A stretch of 64,000 nt of DNA from contig OZ024741.1 of the NCBI GenBank assembly GCA_964016885.1, positions 291,276,001 through 291,340,000 on the forward strand, written 5' to 3'. The stretch comes from Eledone cirrhosa. Its lineage: Eukaryota. This document shows positions 43,773 to 58,330 of this stretch, piece by piece (the stretch's first letter is position 1; each line of letters starts with the position of its first letter). The position numbers and the translations under genes were made by a program. Below the pieces are notes generated by a model. It did no database searches. It worked only from the letters and a program-made list of their open reading frames with translations, and was not told the origin of the DNA.

Positions 43773-43899
43773 ATTGATGATTTCCTCCAAATGAAACAGT
43801 TCTAGTCCTGTAGAAGCCATTTCTATATTAAATTACTTTTACTCTGCTATGTATTGAGTACCTTACTTACTTTGGTTATCCCCGATTTAACCCGGGATC

Positions 43900-43902
<3 letters not shown>
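43773..43902 (+). mobile_element. Penelope-like family C (one arm + tail)
   Basis: tgaaacagttctagtcctgtagaa...actctgctatgtattgagtaccttacttact; in (TA)n. Confidence 0.72.
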
Positions 43903-43956
<54 letters not shown>

Positions 43957-44320
43957 TTCAGCTGCCCACTTGATGTCAACGTTGTAAGAAAAATACAAGA
44001 GAAGGAGGATATCTACTGACCATTGATGAGGAGTTTGCAGATCCAGTATTTAAGATAGACATTCAGCTTCATACCTATTATTATTGGAGTTCCATGTTAT
44101 ATACCAACCCGCTTGGAACAAATTATAACTGAACTTAAATTTTTGGACAAAAAGCGCAGCTCCCTAATTCATAGACTACAAATAGTTGCGATAGCTGGCA
44201 CTTTCAGAATTTTCAAAACATTCTGGAGATTCAAGGGATGACAATTTCTTTTCTTTTACCACCATGCCACCGGGAAGGTGGCCGGTCAAAAATGTACTCG
44301 AAATTAAGAGAAAGAGAAAC
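43957..44320 (+). mobile_element. R4/Dong-like LINE 3' fragment (subfamily 2)
   Basis: SCPLDVNVVRKIQEKEDIY...FSFIPIIIG, the end of an RLE domain, homologous to 60900-61160. Confidence 0.7.
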
Positions 44321-44387
44321 ATGTATGCATAAATTTATACATACATACAAACAAACATGCATACATACATGCGTACATACATACCTA

Positions 44388-44640
44388 CATACAATTCCAA
44401 AAATTCTGCATCTAATAACGCCATATAAACTTGTACAGATACAAAGCATATGCACATGCACACATATAACTCAAAACATACACATCCACACATATAATAA
44501 CATCCATACATGCATATGCATGCATACAAACATATATATCTACCTAGTTGATGTTGTGTAAATTCCAATGAGAGAGTCTTGCATCTATGTTAGAAACCGA
44601 CTCTCTATTGGCAAAAATTTGTGAATTTATAAAACCAGAA
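44388..44640 (+). mobile_element. R4/Dong-like LINE 3'UTR-only copy
   Basis: Matches 61163-61410 (aaattccaatgagagagtcttg..tctatgttagaaaccgactctct..ataaaaccagaa); (CATA)n on both sides. Confidence 0.8.
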
Positions 44641-44660
44641 CATACATACATACATGCATA

Positions 44661-45062
44661 CATGGTGGCTGCCAACTCGTTTTCGAGTACGGCCACTACT
44701 ATATATCCATGTAGGAGAACCCCTACCGATGCGCTGAACGAGTGTGACTTTTTTAGTTCAGCCAGCGATTTGAAAACTCTGGTACTTGTGACAATTATTG
44801 ACACATAGTGCTGGGCCCATGGTACCATGTGACGACAAATGCAGAGAGATCTCCAGATATAAAGCAATGCCTGTGCCGTGAAGCTTTTATAGTGAGCAAA
44901 GGCACTGCACAAAGCCAGTCCCACTCTCTTAACCAAGATGATATTTACCAAAAAGAAGAACAAGTCAACATCATTGGATACCATCAGGGTTGCAGGTCTT
45001 ATATCAGAGTTTTCCTTCTCCTAGAATTCTGCCTTGACAAAGGTTAAGTGGTCATCTCTCCC
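44661..45062 (-). mobile_element. Bipartite RTE-derived element, 5'-truncated
   Basis: Near identical to 45144-45555; (ATGT)n tail. Confidence 0.78.
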
Positions 45063-45143
45063 GCATACATACATGCATACATACATACATGCATACATAC
45101 ATATATTCATATATACATACATACATGCATACATACATATATA

Positions 45144-45755
45144 CATGGTGGCTGCCAACTCGTTTTCGAGTACGGCCAATACTTTATATCCATCTAGGAG
45201 AACCCCTACCGATGCGCTGAACGAATATGACTTTTTAGTCCAGCCAGCGACTTGAAAACTCTGGTACAAACACTACACCTGTGACAATCATTGACACATA
45301 GTGCTGGGCCCATGGTACCATGTAACGACAAGTGCAGAAAGATCTCAAGATATAAAGCAATGCCTGTGCCGTGAAGCTTTTATAGTGAGCAAAGGCACTG
45401 CACAAAGCCAGTCCCACTCCCTTAACCAAGATGATATTTACCAAAAAGAAGAACAAGTCAACATCATTGGATACCATCATGGTTGCAGGTGTTATATCAG
45501 AGTTTTCCTTCTCCTAGAATTCTGCCTTGACAAAGGCTAAGGGTCATCTCTCCCGGTGATTTTGGATGGCCATTGACTCTTAAGAGCTCCTTTGCCCTTT
45601 GACAGGTTTTGTTTTTAGTCCTGCAGGATGTCCAAAGTCACCCTCCTCACCAAGAAACCTTGGTGGGGTTGCCAGTTTAGTCGCCAACGACCCGACGATG
45701 AGACAGGTTGTACTGGGATACATGTTACCAGTAGCACCAACTGGTGACCTGACAC
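45144..45755 (-). mobile_element. Bipartite RTE-derived non-autonomous element, apparently full length (~610 bp)
   Basis: The minus strand has an RTE-like 5'UTR, then a C-terminal [23 protein letters not shown]2H2 finger and ctcgaaaacgag hairpin, then an (ATGT)n tail; no RT. Confidence 0.75.
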
Positions 45756-45920
45756 AATATATACATACATACATGCATACATACATACATACATACATAC
45801 ATACATACATACATACATACATACATACATACATACATACATACATGCATGCATGCATGCATACATACATACATACATACATACATACATACATACATAC
45901 ATACATACATACATACATAC

Positions 45921-46215
45921 ATGATGGCTGCAACTCGATTTCGAGTAATTCCATTGCTTGATATTTAAGCATGAGCATCACAGACGTGGCTTTTTAGTCC
46001 TGCTAGTGACTTGCCTAAGGCCAGAAATACCATCCATTACAAAAAATGAAGTGTTTTTAAGTGAGGAAAGGCTTTGCACAGGGCCAGTCCCACTCTCTGA
46101 ACATCGAATGCATTTACCCAAAAAGAAGAACTGGTCTAACTCATTGGATGCAAACGAAGTCGCACGTTTTATATTAGAATGACCTTCTAGAGAGACGTCT
46201 TAATGAAGACTAGGA
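45921..46215 (-). mobile_element. Bipartite RTE-derived element, subfamily 2 (3' part)
   Basis: gatggctgcaactcgatttcgag end; body matches 19453-19700. Confidence 0.68.
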
Positions 46216-46865
46216 GACTCTCGCTCCACAAAAAAAAACCCCATACATACATACATTTACACTGTAAATGTGGATGGCTTTAGGAAGAGCATCCAGCCAT
46301 AGAATCCAAGCCAAAATCAGCCCCACGTGAGCAAAACATACATACATACATGCATGCGTATGTGCGTACGTACGTTCATACATACATACATACATACACA
46401 TACATATATACATACATACATACATACATACATCCCTCCATACATACATACATACATACATCCCTCCAAACATACATACATTCATAGGTATATTGGTACA
46501 TAGGTTTATTAAGGTGAGAATAGTTTGTTCCTTGGTTGGATAGTTAGTACGTTACGTCGGTGCACACAATGAGAATTAACGAATTCCTTGGGTTATTTTG
46601 TTCAGTGGAGTGCAGAATTAGAATAGTTATATTTATTATAATGCATTAAATGAAGGGCGTTGTGGTCAATGGAGACAGATAGCTCATTCTGTACCCTGTA
46701 CACCTGTATGTATATTATATTAGTATATGAGTGAGGAGAGCACATGAAAAGTAACCAGTGCTATTATCTAAAGCTTCTTAATGAATACTTTATAAATGTC
46801 CATGTGTATTGTCTGTTATGTATGTGAGGGCGATTCTGCAAGCGTATATGTGAATATACACTTGC

Positions 46866-46963
<98 letters not shown>

Positions 46964-47419
46964 GCGTCTGTGTGTGTGTGTGATTATATGAACGCATTGT
47001 GTCCGCGTGTATAAGCATGTGTGTGTAAGTGTGTGTGAGTATGTGATCGTATGTGTGTGTGGCTCTGTAAGTGTGTATATGTTGCATTTGTATGTGTGTA
47101 TGAAGATGTGTGTTTGTGAGTTTGTGATTATTGTGTATGTGTGTGTATAAGTATGTGTGTATATGTGTGTGTGAGTATATGATCGTGTGTGTATGTGGGG
47201 AGGTCTGTAAGTTTATGTATGTTGCATTTGGATGTGTGTATGAGTATGTGTGTGTGAGAGAAAGAGAGAGAGTAGTGTGTGTTTGTGTGTGTGAGTGTGT
47301 ATATGTGTGTGTGATGATAAAAATCTTGACAGGTGTGATAGGAAGCTTATTGAGATATGTGAGCAGCGAAGCGAGAGATATGTGTGTGGAATTGAATAGA
47401 ATTATAAGCGATTTAATGT

Positions 47420-47531
<112 letters not shown>

Positions 47532-49193
47532 CGTGTGTATGCGTGTGTTTCGTGTAGAGGTTGATCAGAACAGAATATGTTAATGAATGAATAGATAAGT
47601 GCTGTCGTATTACTTAAATACATATGCATATATGCGTATATAGACGAACATATGTATTAATATATATATATATGTGTGTGTGTGTGTGTATGTGCGTGTG
47701 TGTGCGCGCGTGTATATATGTATAGATATATAGATATATATACCCACATACACCCACATGAGTGAGCGTGTATGGTGTATGTGGGTATATATATATATAT
47801 ATATATACATATACACACGTGTGTGTGTCATGTATACTTGAAGTAGGACGGAATACCGTGTTGTCAATTGAAATAGGAAGTATAATACGATGTACTAGAA
47901 AATCGAAATTTTAGGAATGTTTATTTTAAGAAATGAACTCATCTTGCTCTCACCCTCCAAACTCTGTCTCCTTCACACTCTTTTTATTATACCAACTTCG
48001 TTGTCACGTTATGTCATCGCTTGTTTCCGGCTTTCCCCCGTGAAAAAGATGATGTGGGTGTGTATCTATTATTCTGACCGGCAGCGGTTTGTAAGTCTAT
48101 CTATCCCAGATCAATTTTCACATCCACTATGATTACCATCATTATGACAACCTCATCAACATCGTCACGAATATTATTACCCTCACCATGACCATCACCA
48201 CCATTATCAGCTTCATCATTACCAGTACCACCATCACGAATACCATCATTTTCGCCACCATTACTTACACCATTATCAACATCTCTACCACCACACCACC
48301 ACCGTTGTCACTATTATAAACATCATTGGTGTAGAGTGGTTTATTATATGATACTTTTAAGTTAAACATAATTTGCAACACACAGAAACGTATCATGTCA
48401 TGAAGAACCCCATAGCAATACTGAATAACAAGACAGAACTAATCTTGACTTGCCGACACAATACTCTCGGATTATTTGAGCAATCGAACGTATATTTCTT
48501 TGGTGACACAACTTGTTAGAAACTGCTGCCAAATTTTCTTCAATTACACATATGTACTTCAAATGTAAGGATATATTAACCAATATACTCCTTCATACAC
48601 AAAAATAGGAAATGTCTTGCTTGACCTGGGGCTATCAAACATCAATAACAACAAATCTGAACTTAATTTTGCAGAACACTTTTGAATTGACCTCCCATAT
48701 TTTCTTCATATTAAACTCTGATTTTAAATAGTATACAACTGGAACAAACATTATCATAAGATTGGTTGACTATTACGTAGAATGTAACATGTTGACAGCC
48801 TTGGAACTTTTTTGGGTTTATTGTACACTCAAACATATTAATGACCTTGAAATGAAGCCACAGTAAAGAATAATATAGTTTACTTTCAATAAATTTCTCT
48901 TCGAGTTATTTGACGTCAATTTAGGCAAGTGTTTCTATTGTCGATGAATATATTTGAACACAAGAAGTCTGAGTTATTCATGTTGGTCTGTATGAAAAAA
49001 ATCAGTTAAGCAAAGAATTATATTAAATAATATATATGAGCGTAAAAACGAAGAAATTCCAGCAGAAACTGAGAAAGGGAGAATACTGGTATAGAAAAGA
49101 GACATAAAAACAAGCGAAGAATTTTGCTATACAAAATTGCCCCGTGACTTAGGTAAGTGGACTGAGTCGGAGAGGAATTTGATACACGGAAAA

Positions 49194-49230
<37 letters not shown>

Positions 49231-49473
49231 GTTCATGTGTTTGTATATATGTGTATATACATATATATATATATATATGTATGTATATGCGTGTGTGCAT
49301 ATGTGTGTGTGCATGTGTATGTATGCAAGTATGTGTGTATACACAAATCTGAAAGCGACACACCGTCTGCAGTATACTGCTACCATATCACTATTACACT
49401 AAGTAATACTCTGTTTTACATTCACAATAACACACACACAAAGTCTCTCTCTCTGTGTCTCTCTCTTTCTCTC

Positions 49474-49541
<68 letters not shown>

Positions 49542-49726
49542 AAAATGAGATCTTTATTTTTTTTTTCAATAAAAAAAAATGATATGTCCTATACGAGTGA
49601 AAGTATAAGTAAAAAAATTCGAAAATGCAGCTGGAGTCTTTTTAAGAATATTTATTTGTTTCCTTATAAACAAATAAATATTCTTAAAAAAAACTCCAGT
49701 TGCTTTTTCGACTTTTTTCCTTATAA

Positions 49727-49842
49727 TCTGTATATATATAAAGCTGAAGTTTTCAAATTTACTTATTCAAATTTACTTTGTTTAGTTTTATGAGCTACAT
49801 CGAAAGCTACTTGAATGGTCCAAAGGACGGGTACATTAGCTA

Positions 49843-49843
<1 letters not shown>
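49727..49843 (+). mobile_element. Internally deleted non-autonomous Helitron
   Basis: A|TCTGTATATATATAAAGCTGAAG...gtccaaaggac hairpin...CTAG|T. Confidence 0.7.
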
Positions 49844-49918
<75 letters not shown>

Positions 49919-49933
49919 TTATATATATATATA

Positions 49934-50512
49934 CTAACTAAAGTAACCGTCCTTTGGGCGGTTCAAGTAGCTTTCGATGTAGCTCATTAAAATAATCAAA
50001 GTAAATTTGAAGACATAGAAGAAAAACGTACGTTATGCAAACATGAAAACCTTAGGCACTATTCCAGCGAAATAATTAATACGTGAGCTCGGTGTCATCC
50101 GTTATCCCATGTAACAACAGAAATCCAGTTTAGGTATACATTTTTTTGACAACAGTAAAACCTTTTGTTTCAAGTACAAAGAGTAAAGTAAAATCCGAAT
50201 GAGCCGAATTGGAATAATCAAAATCCCAAAACAAAATTTTGACAACATCAAAAATGAGTTCCTATTGTATTGACGAAAGATAACTCTTGTCTTACTTAAT
50301 CACGAAAATTGACACAAATAAACGAAACTTTTTTAATGTCTCCAAAGGCCTCAATATCGATTTTTGAAAGCCTTTGTAGATCATGTACAGGTTTTGTGCA
50401 AGGAGAAGCTCTGTAAAAAATGTCAAAGAAATCGCATGAATGGTTTAGAATATATGAGCCCCCATTAAAAATTTGAAATTGTCCACACACACAGAGAAAA
50501 CTTCAGCTTTAT
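49934..50512 (-). mobile_element. Non-autonomous Helitron, same family, longer copy
   Basis: 3' end ccgcccaaaggacgg..tagttag and 5' taaagctgaagttttc match 49727-49843 in the reverse orientation. Confidence 0.7.
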
Positions 50513-50607
50513 CATAACACCGTTTAGCATAAAGAAGGTGTGTATGAAAGCATACATTATATGGTTATGTACAATAAACATGTGTGGGTCTCACTCTCAA
50601 AGAAATA

Positions 50608-50825
50608 ATGATTTTTAGTATAGGGATAAGGCCACTAATTTATGGGGAGGGGAAAGCCGATGAAATCGACTCCAGTACGTTACTGGTACTTTATTTTATC
50701 GACCCCGTAAGGATGAAAGGCAAAGTTAAACTCGGCGGAATTTGAACTTAGATCATAAAGGGCCGTAACTCTATGCTACAAAGCATGTTGTCCGACTTTC
50801 TATTGCTACTGCCAATCCACCGCCC
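50608..50825 (-). mobile_element. Main tRNA-derived SINE (long internal variant)
   Basis: Full-length core ending actgccaatccaccgcc. Confidence 0.85.
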
Positions 50826-51359
50826 CTCAAAGAAATAATATTTTTTCGTTATGAAAAATATACTTTTGTCTTTTGCTTTGTAAATAAGGCAAAGATATTT
50901 CTGTAACAGCGGAGAATGACAGAGAGGGCTGTTTCAATAAGAAGAATCATCTTTAATCGCCGGTTTACTAGAAAAATGATGACCCAATGCTAAACGACAA
51001 CAATGACACTTAGAAAAATTGATGGCAAACTCCTGACAAGGCCAGGTAGCTATCCGGTTTCGGCTCTTAGTTGTAGTAATTTCCCTTCACTTCCGTTGCA
51101 AAACACCCTTGGGACTAAGTATTTTATAATCCCACCCATCTCATCAACCAACACACATACACGCACCAACAGCTGACTCCCTCTACTCATTTTTCTTCAT
51201 CCTGTTTCACACATCACCAACTGCTAAAGAAAATAGCAACCGAGTATCACCAAACGGACACACTCTTCACCTTGCTTCTCCACCTTCTTCGTATTATTAT
51301 TAATGTTATTATTATTGCTGTTGTTGTTATTTAGCCAACAATATTTTCTGCACAAGTCC

Positions 51360-51482
<123 letters not shown>

Positions 51483-51587
51483 TACATATATATATGTATA
51501 CATATCTATATATACCATATATATCTATATATACCATATATATACATACCATATATACATATACATATATATACATACCATATATAC

Positions 51588-51653
<66 letters not shown>

Positions 51654-51889
51654 GTATATATATACTAGCGTATTGTACGTCAAAACTGACATGATTATAG
51701 TAGAAGATTTGATTTAATAATTCCCCTATGTAAAAATGCTTCAATTCTCAAAATACTTTGACCTTCTTCCTCTTTACACGACAGCCATTGCCGTATTTCA
51801 ATCAATTACAATAATTTTCTTCCATGTTTTCTTTACTCGTTATCAAATATATATAAATTCACTTAATTATGACTTATAAGTAGATAGTA

Positions 51890-52090
51890 AGGACATCTTT
51901 GGACAGCTGCTTATGATGTGGGTAACATCTTCGATATTTATATCACAGAATCTGCTTCAGTTATCAAAGCCAGGTGTTTTGCTGCATCCCTGTCTCTTTT
52001 GCGCATTAGTTATTTCGTTGTTACTTCCTGTTCTTGGAGTCAATATGCGGTTGGTAGTCCGTGATAGACTGCTTTATTTATCTATATTAC
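51890..52090 (-). mobile_element. R4/Dong-like LINE fragment
   Basis: Minus strand LQEQEVTTK..RKRD...NIEDVTHIISSCPKM matches 60510-60660. Confidence 0.7.
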
Positions 52091-52533
52091 GTGTATTTTG
52101 AAGCTTTCGGGCAACAAAGCAATGCATGCTTGCTGATAAGCATTCCGTTAGAGTTCCAGATTGGGATAGTACTTTAGTTACCAATCACAATAAAGAGTTG
52201 AATTCGAAACACCAAGAGTCCGAAGTGGGACAAGGCATATTCCCTACGCTCTAATATATTTGCCATATATTTGCTGAGTTTTTATTAAAAGATATTGTGA
52301 AATAATTCTAGATAAAAGACGAGGCAGTAATGAATGGTTTTAATTCACCTGGGTCACGAAGACATCAACGTCGTGGTCTGAAAGATATCTGATAAAGAGA
52401 TGGTTTATTCCAAAGGAGAACAATACAGCTGATAAAGGAGCCCGCATGAAAATAGTGAAGTTATAGGGCTTGCAACTCGGCACCTCGAGAGGAATATACG
52501 CGTTCGCCAGGGGGAATATATATATATATAAAC

Positions 52534-52590
<57 letters not shown>

Positions 52591-52689
52591 TGTGTGTGTG
52601 TGTGTGTGGGTGTGTGGGGGTGTGTGTGTGTGTGTGTGTGGGGGGGGGGGTGTCTGTGTGTGTGTTTGTTTGTGTGTGTGTGTGTGCCA

Positions 52690-53241
52690 AAACCACTTGG
52701 CGCCGTGGTCGGGAGTTTACATATCTCTTCCTATTTCTCTCCGACTCTCTCTTATTCGTGTGTCGAAACAAATATTGTTATACTTGGGGAGGGTCATATT
52801 GTAATATTGCCAGAAATAATAACAGAACACACTCACTGTTTGGTTTGTTTTCGCTTCTGTATCTTTTATATATCTCCATAGTTAATTTATTTGGCAATCA
52901 AAGTTTAACATTGATTGACCAGTTGTTAAAAATACAGATATAAATATTGTATTGTATGTCAAGGCCATTTTTTGGCGTACAATAAAACAGGAGGAAACAT
53001 AATAGTAACACTTTTGATGTTGCAGATGTGCAACGAAAGAACTTTGATAGACTATATATATATATATTTATATTTATATATTTAACCGCTGGCCGATCAA
53101 TAGTAAACATTGATTGCTAAATAAATTAACTATGGAGATATATAAAAGATACAGAAGCGAAAACCAACCAAACAGTGAGTGTGTTCTGTTATTATTTCTG
53201 GCAATATTACAACAATATGACCCCCCCCCCCAAGTATAACA

Positions 53242-53243
<2 letters not shown>
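52690..53243. mobile_element. Penelope-like family A relative, fold-back copy
   Basis: ~165-bp inverted arms starting tattgttatacttgggg (52773) and ending ccccaagtataacag (53243); gaaagaactttga hammerhead remnant at ~53035. Confidence 0.75.
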
Positions 53244-53290
<47 letters not shown>

Positions 53291-53293
<3 letters not shown>

Positions 53294-53422
53294 CGAAGGA
53301 AGTGTGGTAAGGAACCAGCTGGACCATGAGGCACCAGAGTACTCAATACTTTGGGTAGTAGAGTGGGTAATAGGAAACGTCGAAACGGCTTGAGCCTTGT
53401 CGTCGGGGTCTTGAACATTTTA
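53291..53422. mobile_element. Penelope-like short module, family B
   Basis: taacgaaggaagtgtggtaaggaacc...gagtactcaatac...gaaacggcttgagc; in (TA)n. Confidence 0.75.
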
Positions 53423-53423
53423 C

Positions 53424-53497
<74 letters not shown>

Positions 53498-53698
53498 CCG
53501 GAATTTAAATCGATATACAATCATTTCGAGCTCGCTGCACCAGAACTGCGCAATAATAGAAGGTTCCAAAACCCTTTGTCAGGGCGAACTCTTAAACGAT
53601 ATTATAACATTATAAAAAGACCAACAGTCGTATATCATAAAGTCAAGCGGAAAAATAGAGTAGCAAGCTTTTTAACAATTTAACTGAAAAACCTTATG

Positions 53699-53729
<31 letters not shown>

Positions 53730-54134
53730 ATGTATGTGTGCGTGTGTGTTTGTGTGTACGTGTGGGTGTGTTTTGTGTATATATGTATATATATTACACA
53801 TTATATAAATATATATATATATATTCGTGTGTGTGTGAGTGTTTGTAAGTGTATGTGCATGTGTGTGGTAATCAAAGGGATAGAGAGAGAGAGAGAGAGA
53901 GACAGTGAGGGGTAGGAGAGGAAAGGGAGTGTTTTAGTGTTTGTGGAGTATGAGTGTGACACTGTGTACAGTGACATTCAAAAATGTTCGTCTTCGCCAT
54001 TTGTGTCGGTCCAACAAAACCCGTAAACGTCACTAGATAAAAAGTCACTATACATACACACACGCAATATTGTACACACACACACACACACATAAGCACA
54101 TGAATATAAGAACATACGCACTCACGCATATGTG

Positions 54135-54172
<38 letters not shown>

Positions 54173-54178
54173 TATGCC

Positions 54179-54233
<55 letters not shown>

Positions 54234-54237
<4 letters not shown>

Positions 54238-54447
54238 TTAATATAGATGAGATTCTTCAGGACTAGAACTGTTTCATTCTTTAGAAATCATCAGGAATAT
54301 CTGATGATTCCTGATGATTTCTGATGATTTCTAAAGAATGAAACAGTTCTAGTCCTGTAGAATCTCATCTATATTAAAACTTTTATATTCTGCAATGTAT
54401 TGAGTACCTTACTTACTGTGTTTACCTCCGATTCAACCCGGAATAAC

Positions 54448-54449
<2 letters not shown>
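54234..54449. mobile_element. Penelope-like short module, family C
   Basis: Fold-back plus tail near identical to 30779-30963; triplicated ctgatgatt at the junction. Confidence 0.78.
54316..54364 (+). ncRNA. Type I hammerhead ribozyme motif
   Basis: GAUUU-CUGAUGA-UUUC-UAAA-GAAU-GAAA-CAG-UUCUAGUC-CUG-UA-GAAUC. Confidence 0.68.
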
Positions 54450-54532
<83 letters not shown>

Positions 54533-54624
54533 AATATATATATGTATATATATATATGTATATATATATATATTTATGCATATATATATATATGTATATA
54601 TATGTATATATATATATATATATT

Positions 54625-54765
54625 TATTAAATAACACATTAATGTTTAAGCAAAGAATCGCTGCTTTCACCCTTAACGGGATCTTCTGATATTTGATATT
54701 TGATATATATTTATACTTATCGAGCCCTCTTTGGATTTTAGTCTTCAAATTTATTATTATTACTA
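54625..54765. mobile_element. Penelope-like short module, family E
   Basis: Reverse complement of 43048-43218 with an internal deletion; in (TA)n. Confidence 0.62.
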
Positions 54766-54860
<95 letters not shown>

Positions 54861-54921
54861 GTGTGTATATGTGTATATGTATATATATACATATATATAT
54901 ACATATATATATATATGTATA

Positions 54922-54962
<41 letters not shown>

Positions 54963-55031
54963 GTATATGTATATATATATATATTTATATATATATGCAT
55001 ATATACATATATATATACATATATATATACA

Positions 55032-55073
<42 letters not shown>

Positions 55074-55076
55074 TAT

Positions 55077-55153
<77 letters not shown>

Positions 55154-55155
55154 TA

Positions 55156-55221
<66 letters not shown>

Positions 55222-55490
55222 TGTTTGATTGTGAACTTATATACAGACACAGCCAAAAAAATCGTCCACTCACGTGTGCATATCGAATGGTATTGGCAAA
55301 TACCGGAATGAGTACTGAATAGAAAATAACTGTTTTTTAAGGCTGAACTGGTCCAATAGCCTGTTGTATTGTCTATCCATATATCTGTGTTTTCCGTGTA
55401 TGTGTGTGTGTGCATCCGTGTATTTATCCGAACAAAATACGTAACGTCGTGTTCATTTATATGAAAGCAGCGATTGTTTGCGTAAACTTT

Positions 55491-55540
<50 letters not shown>

Positions 55541-55546
<6 letters not shown>

Positions 55547-55715
55547 ATATTAACAAATGGAAACTATATTTATAAAACCATATTTATTTCATATAATAAA
55601 TATAGTTTCCATTTCTTAACATATTGTATTTTTACTCCAATAATTTGTTGAGTGCTTTATATCAGTTATAAAAATATTTGCTTGTTGTATCCCAACAAAT
55701 TAAATATAACTTCTA
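55541..55715. mobile_element. Penelope-like family F fold-back + tail
   Basis: tacaatatattaacaaatggaaactatattta / taaatatagtttccatttcttaacatattgta; the tail matches 2090-2160. Confidence 0.7.
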
Positions 55716-55780
55716 CATATATATATATATATATAGGTATATTTACATGCATATGTGTATGCATGCCTATATGTATATGT

Positions 55781-55867
<87 letters not shown>

Positions 55868-56211
55868 CATATATATATATATATCACTATAATTTCATTT
55901 AGATATCTTTAAAAAGTTTCGATAATTTAATTTATTTCACTTACCTTATAGTTTCGATAGAAACCATTCATTGATAATAGTGTAAAACATTGAATCCATA
56001 CAATAAGAAATATATACATATATCCAGATATATTCATCTACATATACAAACATACAGACACAAACATATATAATTATATATATATATATATATATATTAT
56101 ACTATTATATTATATACGTGTGCATGTATTTGTATAGAGAATAGAAGTCTTTTATTATATATTAATACATATGTATATATATTTAACATATATATAAATA
56201 TATACATATAT

Positions 56212-56283
<72 letters not shown>

Positions 56284-58134
56284 GGTAGAGGTGTTTGTTA
56301 TAATCCAAATCGAGCGATGAAAATTGTGACAGATTGTAAGAGCAAAACGTAAAATAGAAAAAAAAAAAAAAAAATTAAATGAAACACAGAACCACCCTAT
56401 CCACCGACCCACACAGTAACACCCATTTCTACCCCGCTGAAAAGACCAACAATAAAGAAATAGAAGAAAAACAAAAAACGTAAAAAGTTACTTTTATAAG
56501 CTCGTTATACTAATGTTATTGGCAGTGTCATCGTTGTTTTCGTGTGTTGTTTTTGCAGTTCTTGTTGATACTGATATGGCCTCAGATTTTTGCTATTCAT
56601 GTTTTTTCGTGATTGTTTTTCTTTTTTTTTTTTGTGGTGGTGTGAATTATCTTTCCTGCGGTAGTTATCGTTGTTGTTGTTGTTGTTGTTGTTGTGCTTG
56701 TGCTTGTGCCTCTTTAACAGTTGATTGCTGAGGACGTTTCTTTAGTCGTCGTTGAAAAGTACGCTTGATATAACACCATCCTTTCATACACACACATGCA
56801 CCACAGACACACCCTCCTTACATACACACACGCATTGCACAGAGATACACGCACACATTGCACACAAACACACTCACACACAGACAAACATGCATACACA
56901 CGGACACACACACGTACATATATACTCATGCACACCCACACATACACACATGAATAGACACTCAGTGAGCCGCACATGCACACACACACACACAAGTACC
57001 CATACAAACACACACACACAAGTACCCATACAAACACACACACGCACATACACAAGTGCACTCCCATACACACACAGACACACACTCACACAAACATACC
57101 TACCTAACGATTCACTCTCGCCCTTTAACTGCAAATTTTATTGTTGTTTATAAACAATCTATGAAAGTCTCTTCTACGGCCATGCATACAATCATTCACA
57201 CACACACACGTATGTGCATACATATACGCACACACACGTACATACACACATACTTCCACCAACGTATAAGCATCGAGGCATACATAAACGTCTACGCATG
57301 AACACATGCAAACTTCACATGGATTATGCATATGTATATATATATAGAGAGAGAGAGGGACATTGAGCGACGTGGAGGTACATGTGTGTTTGATATTTTA
57401 CCACACACACACAAACACACATATATATATATAAATATATGTGTGTGTTGGTGTGTGTGTCAGTGAGTTTGTGTGTGTGTATCAATGTATGTATGTATGA
57501 CTTAATTTCTTTGACTTAATAACACTGTGTCTGTGTGACCGCGCTCCTTTTCCCTTTACATATAACTTGTTGCTGCCCCCCCCTTCTCTGTGTCTCTGTT
57601 CCTCTTTCACTCACTCTCACCAACTCTCACTCTCTCACTTTCTCTCTCTCTTTCTCACTCCTCCTCTCTGTTTTTCAAACGCTGTCTATTTCTCCCCCTC
57701 AATATATGCGTGTGGGAACGCATTTGCATGTATATGTGTACATATATATATATTGTGTGTGTGTATGTGTGTGCTTGTGAGCGTGCCTGCGTGTGTGAGT
57801 GTACATAAATATATATATGTATATATATACATATTAGACCACTCACTTTTCCTTTACCTTTCCTACGGAAATACTTCATATATATATATGTATTTTCGTC
57901 TTTTTCTTCGTTCTTTAAGACTCTATGATGACAGAGACAGCGTGACCCCCGAATGCACCAACAATGTTGTCGGGAGAGTTCGAGACCATGTAATTCCAGT
58001 CCTATTACCGATGACCATGGAGTTTTCTTGTTCCTGTTACCATTTCTGTAACGTCTCTCTGACATCACGTCCCTGAGATGTATCTTCATATATATATATA
58101 TATATATAAATATATATATATATACATATATATA

Positions 58135-58299
58135 TAACGAAGGAGGTGTGGTAAGGAACCAGATGGACCATAACGCACCAGAGTACTCAATACTAAGGGT
58201 AGTAGTGTGGGTTTAGCCCCGACGGCAGAGCTCAAGCCATTTCGACGGCTATTTCTTGTCCAAACGGCTTGAGCTCTGCCGTCAGGGTTAAAAATGTTC

Positions 58300-58300
<1 letters not shown>
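58135..58300. mobile_element. Penelope-like short module, family B
   Basis: Tail plus a ccgacggcagagctcaagcc/ggcttgagctctgccgtc fold-back, in (TA)n. Confidence 0.75.
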
Positions 58301-58324
<24 letters not shown>

Positions 58325-58330
<6 letters not shown>

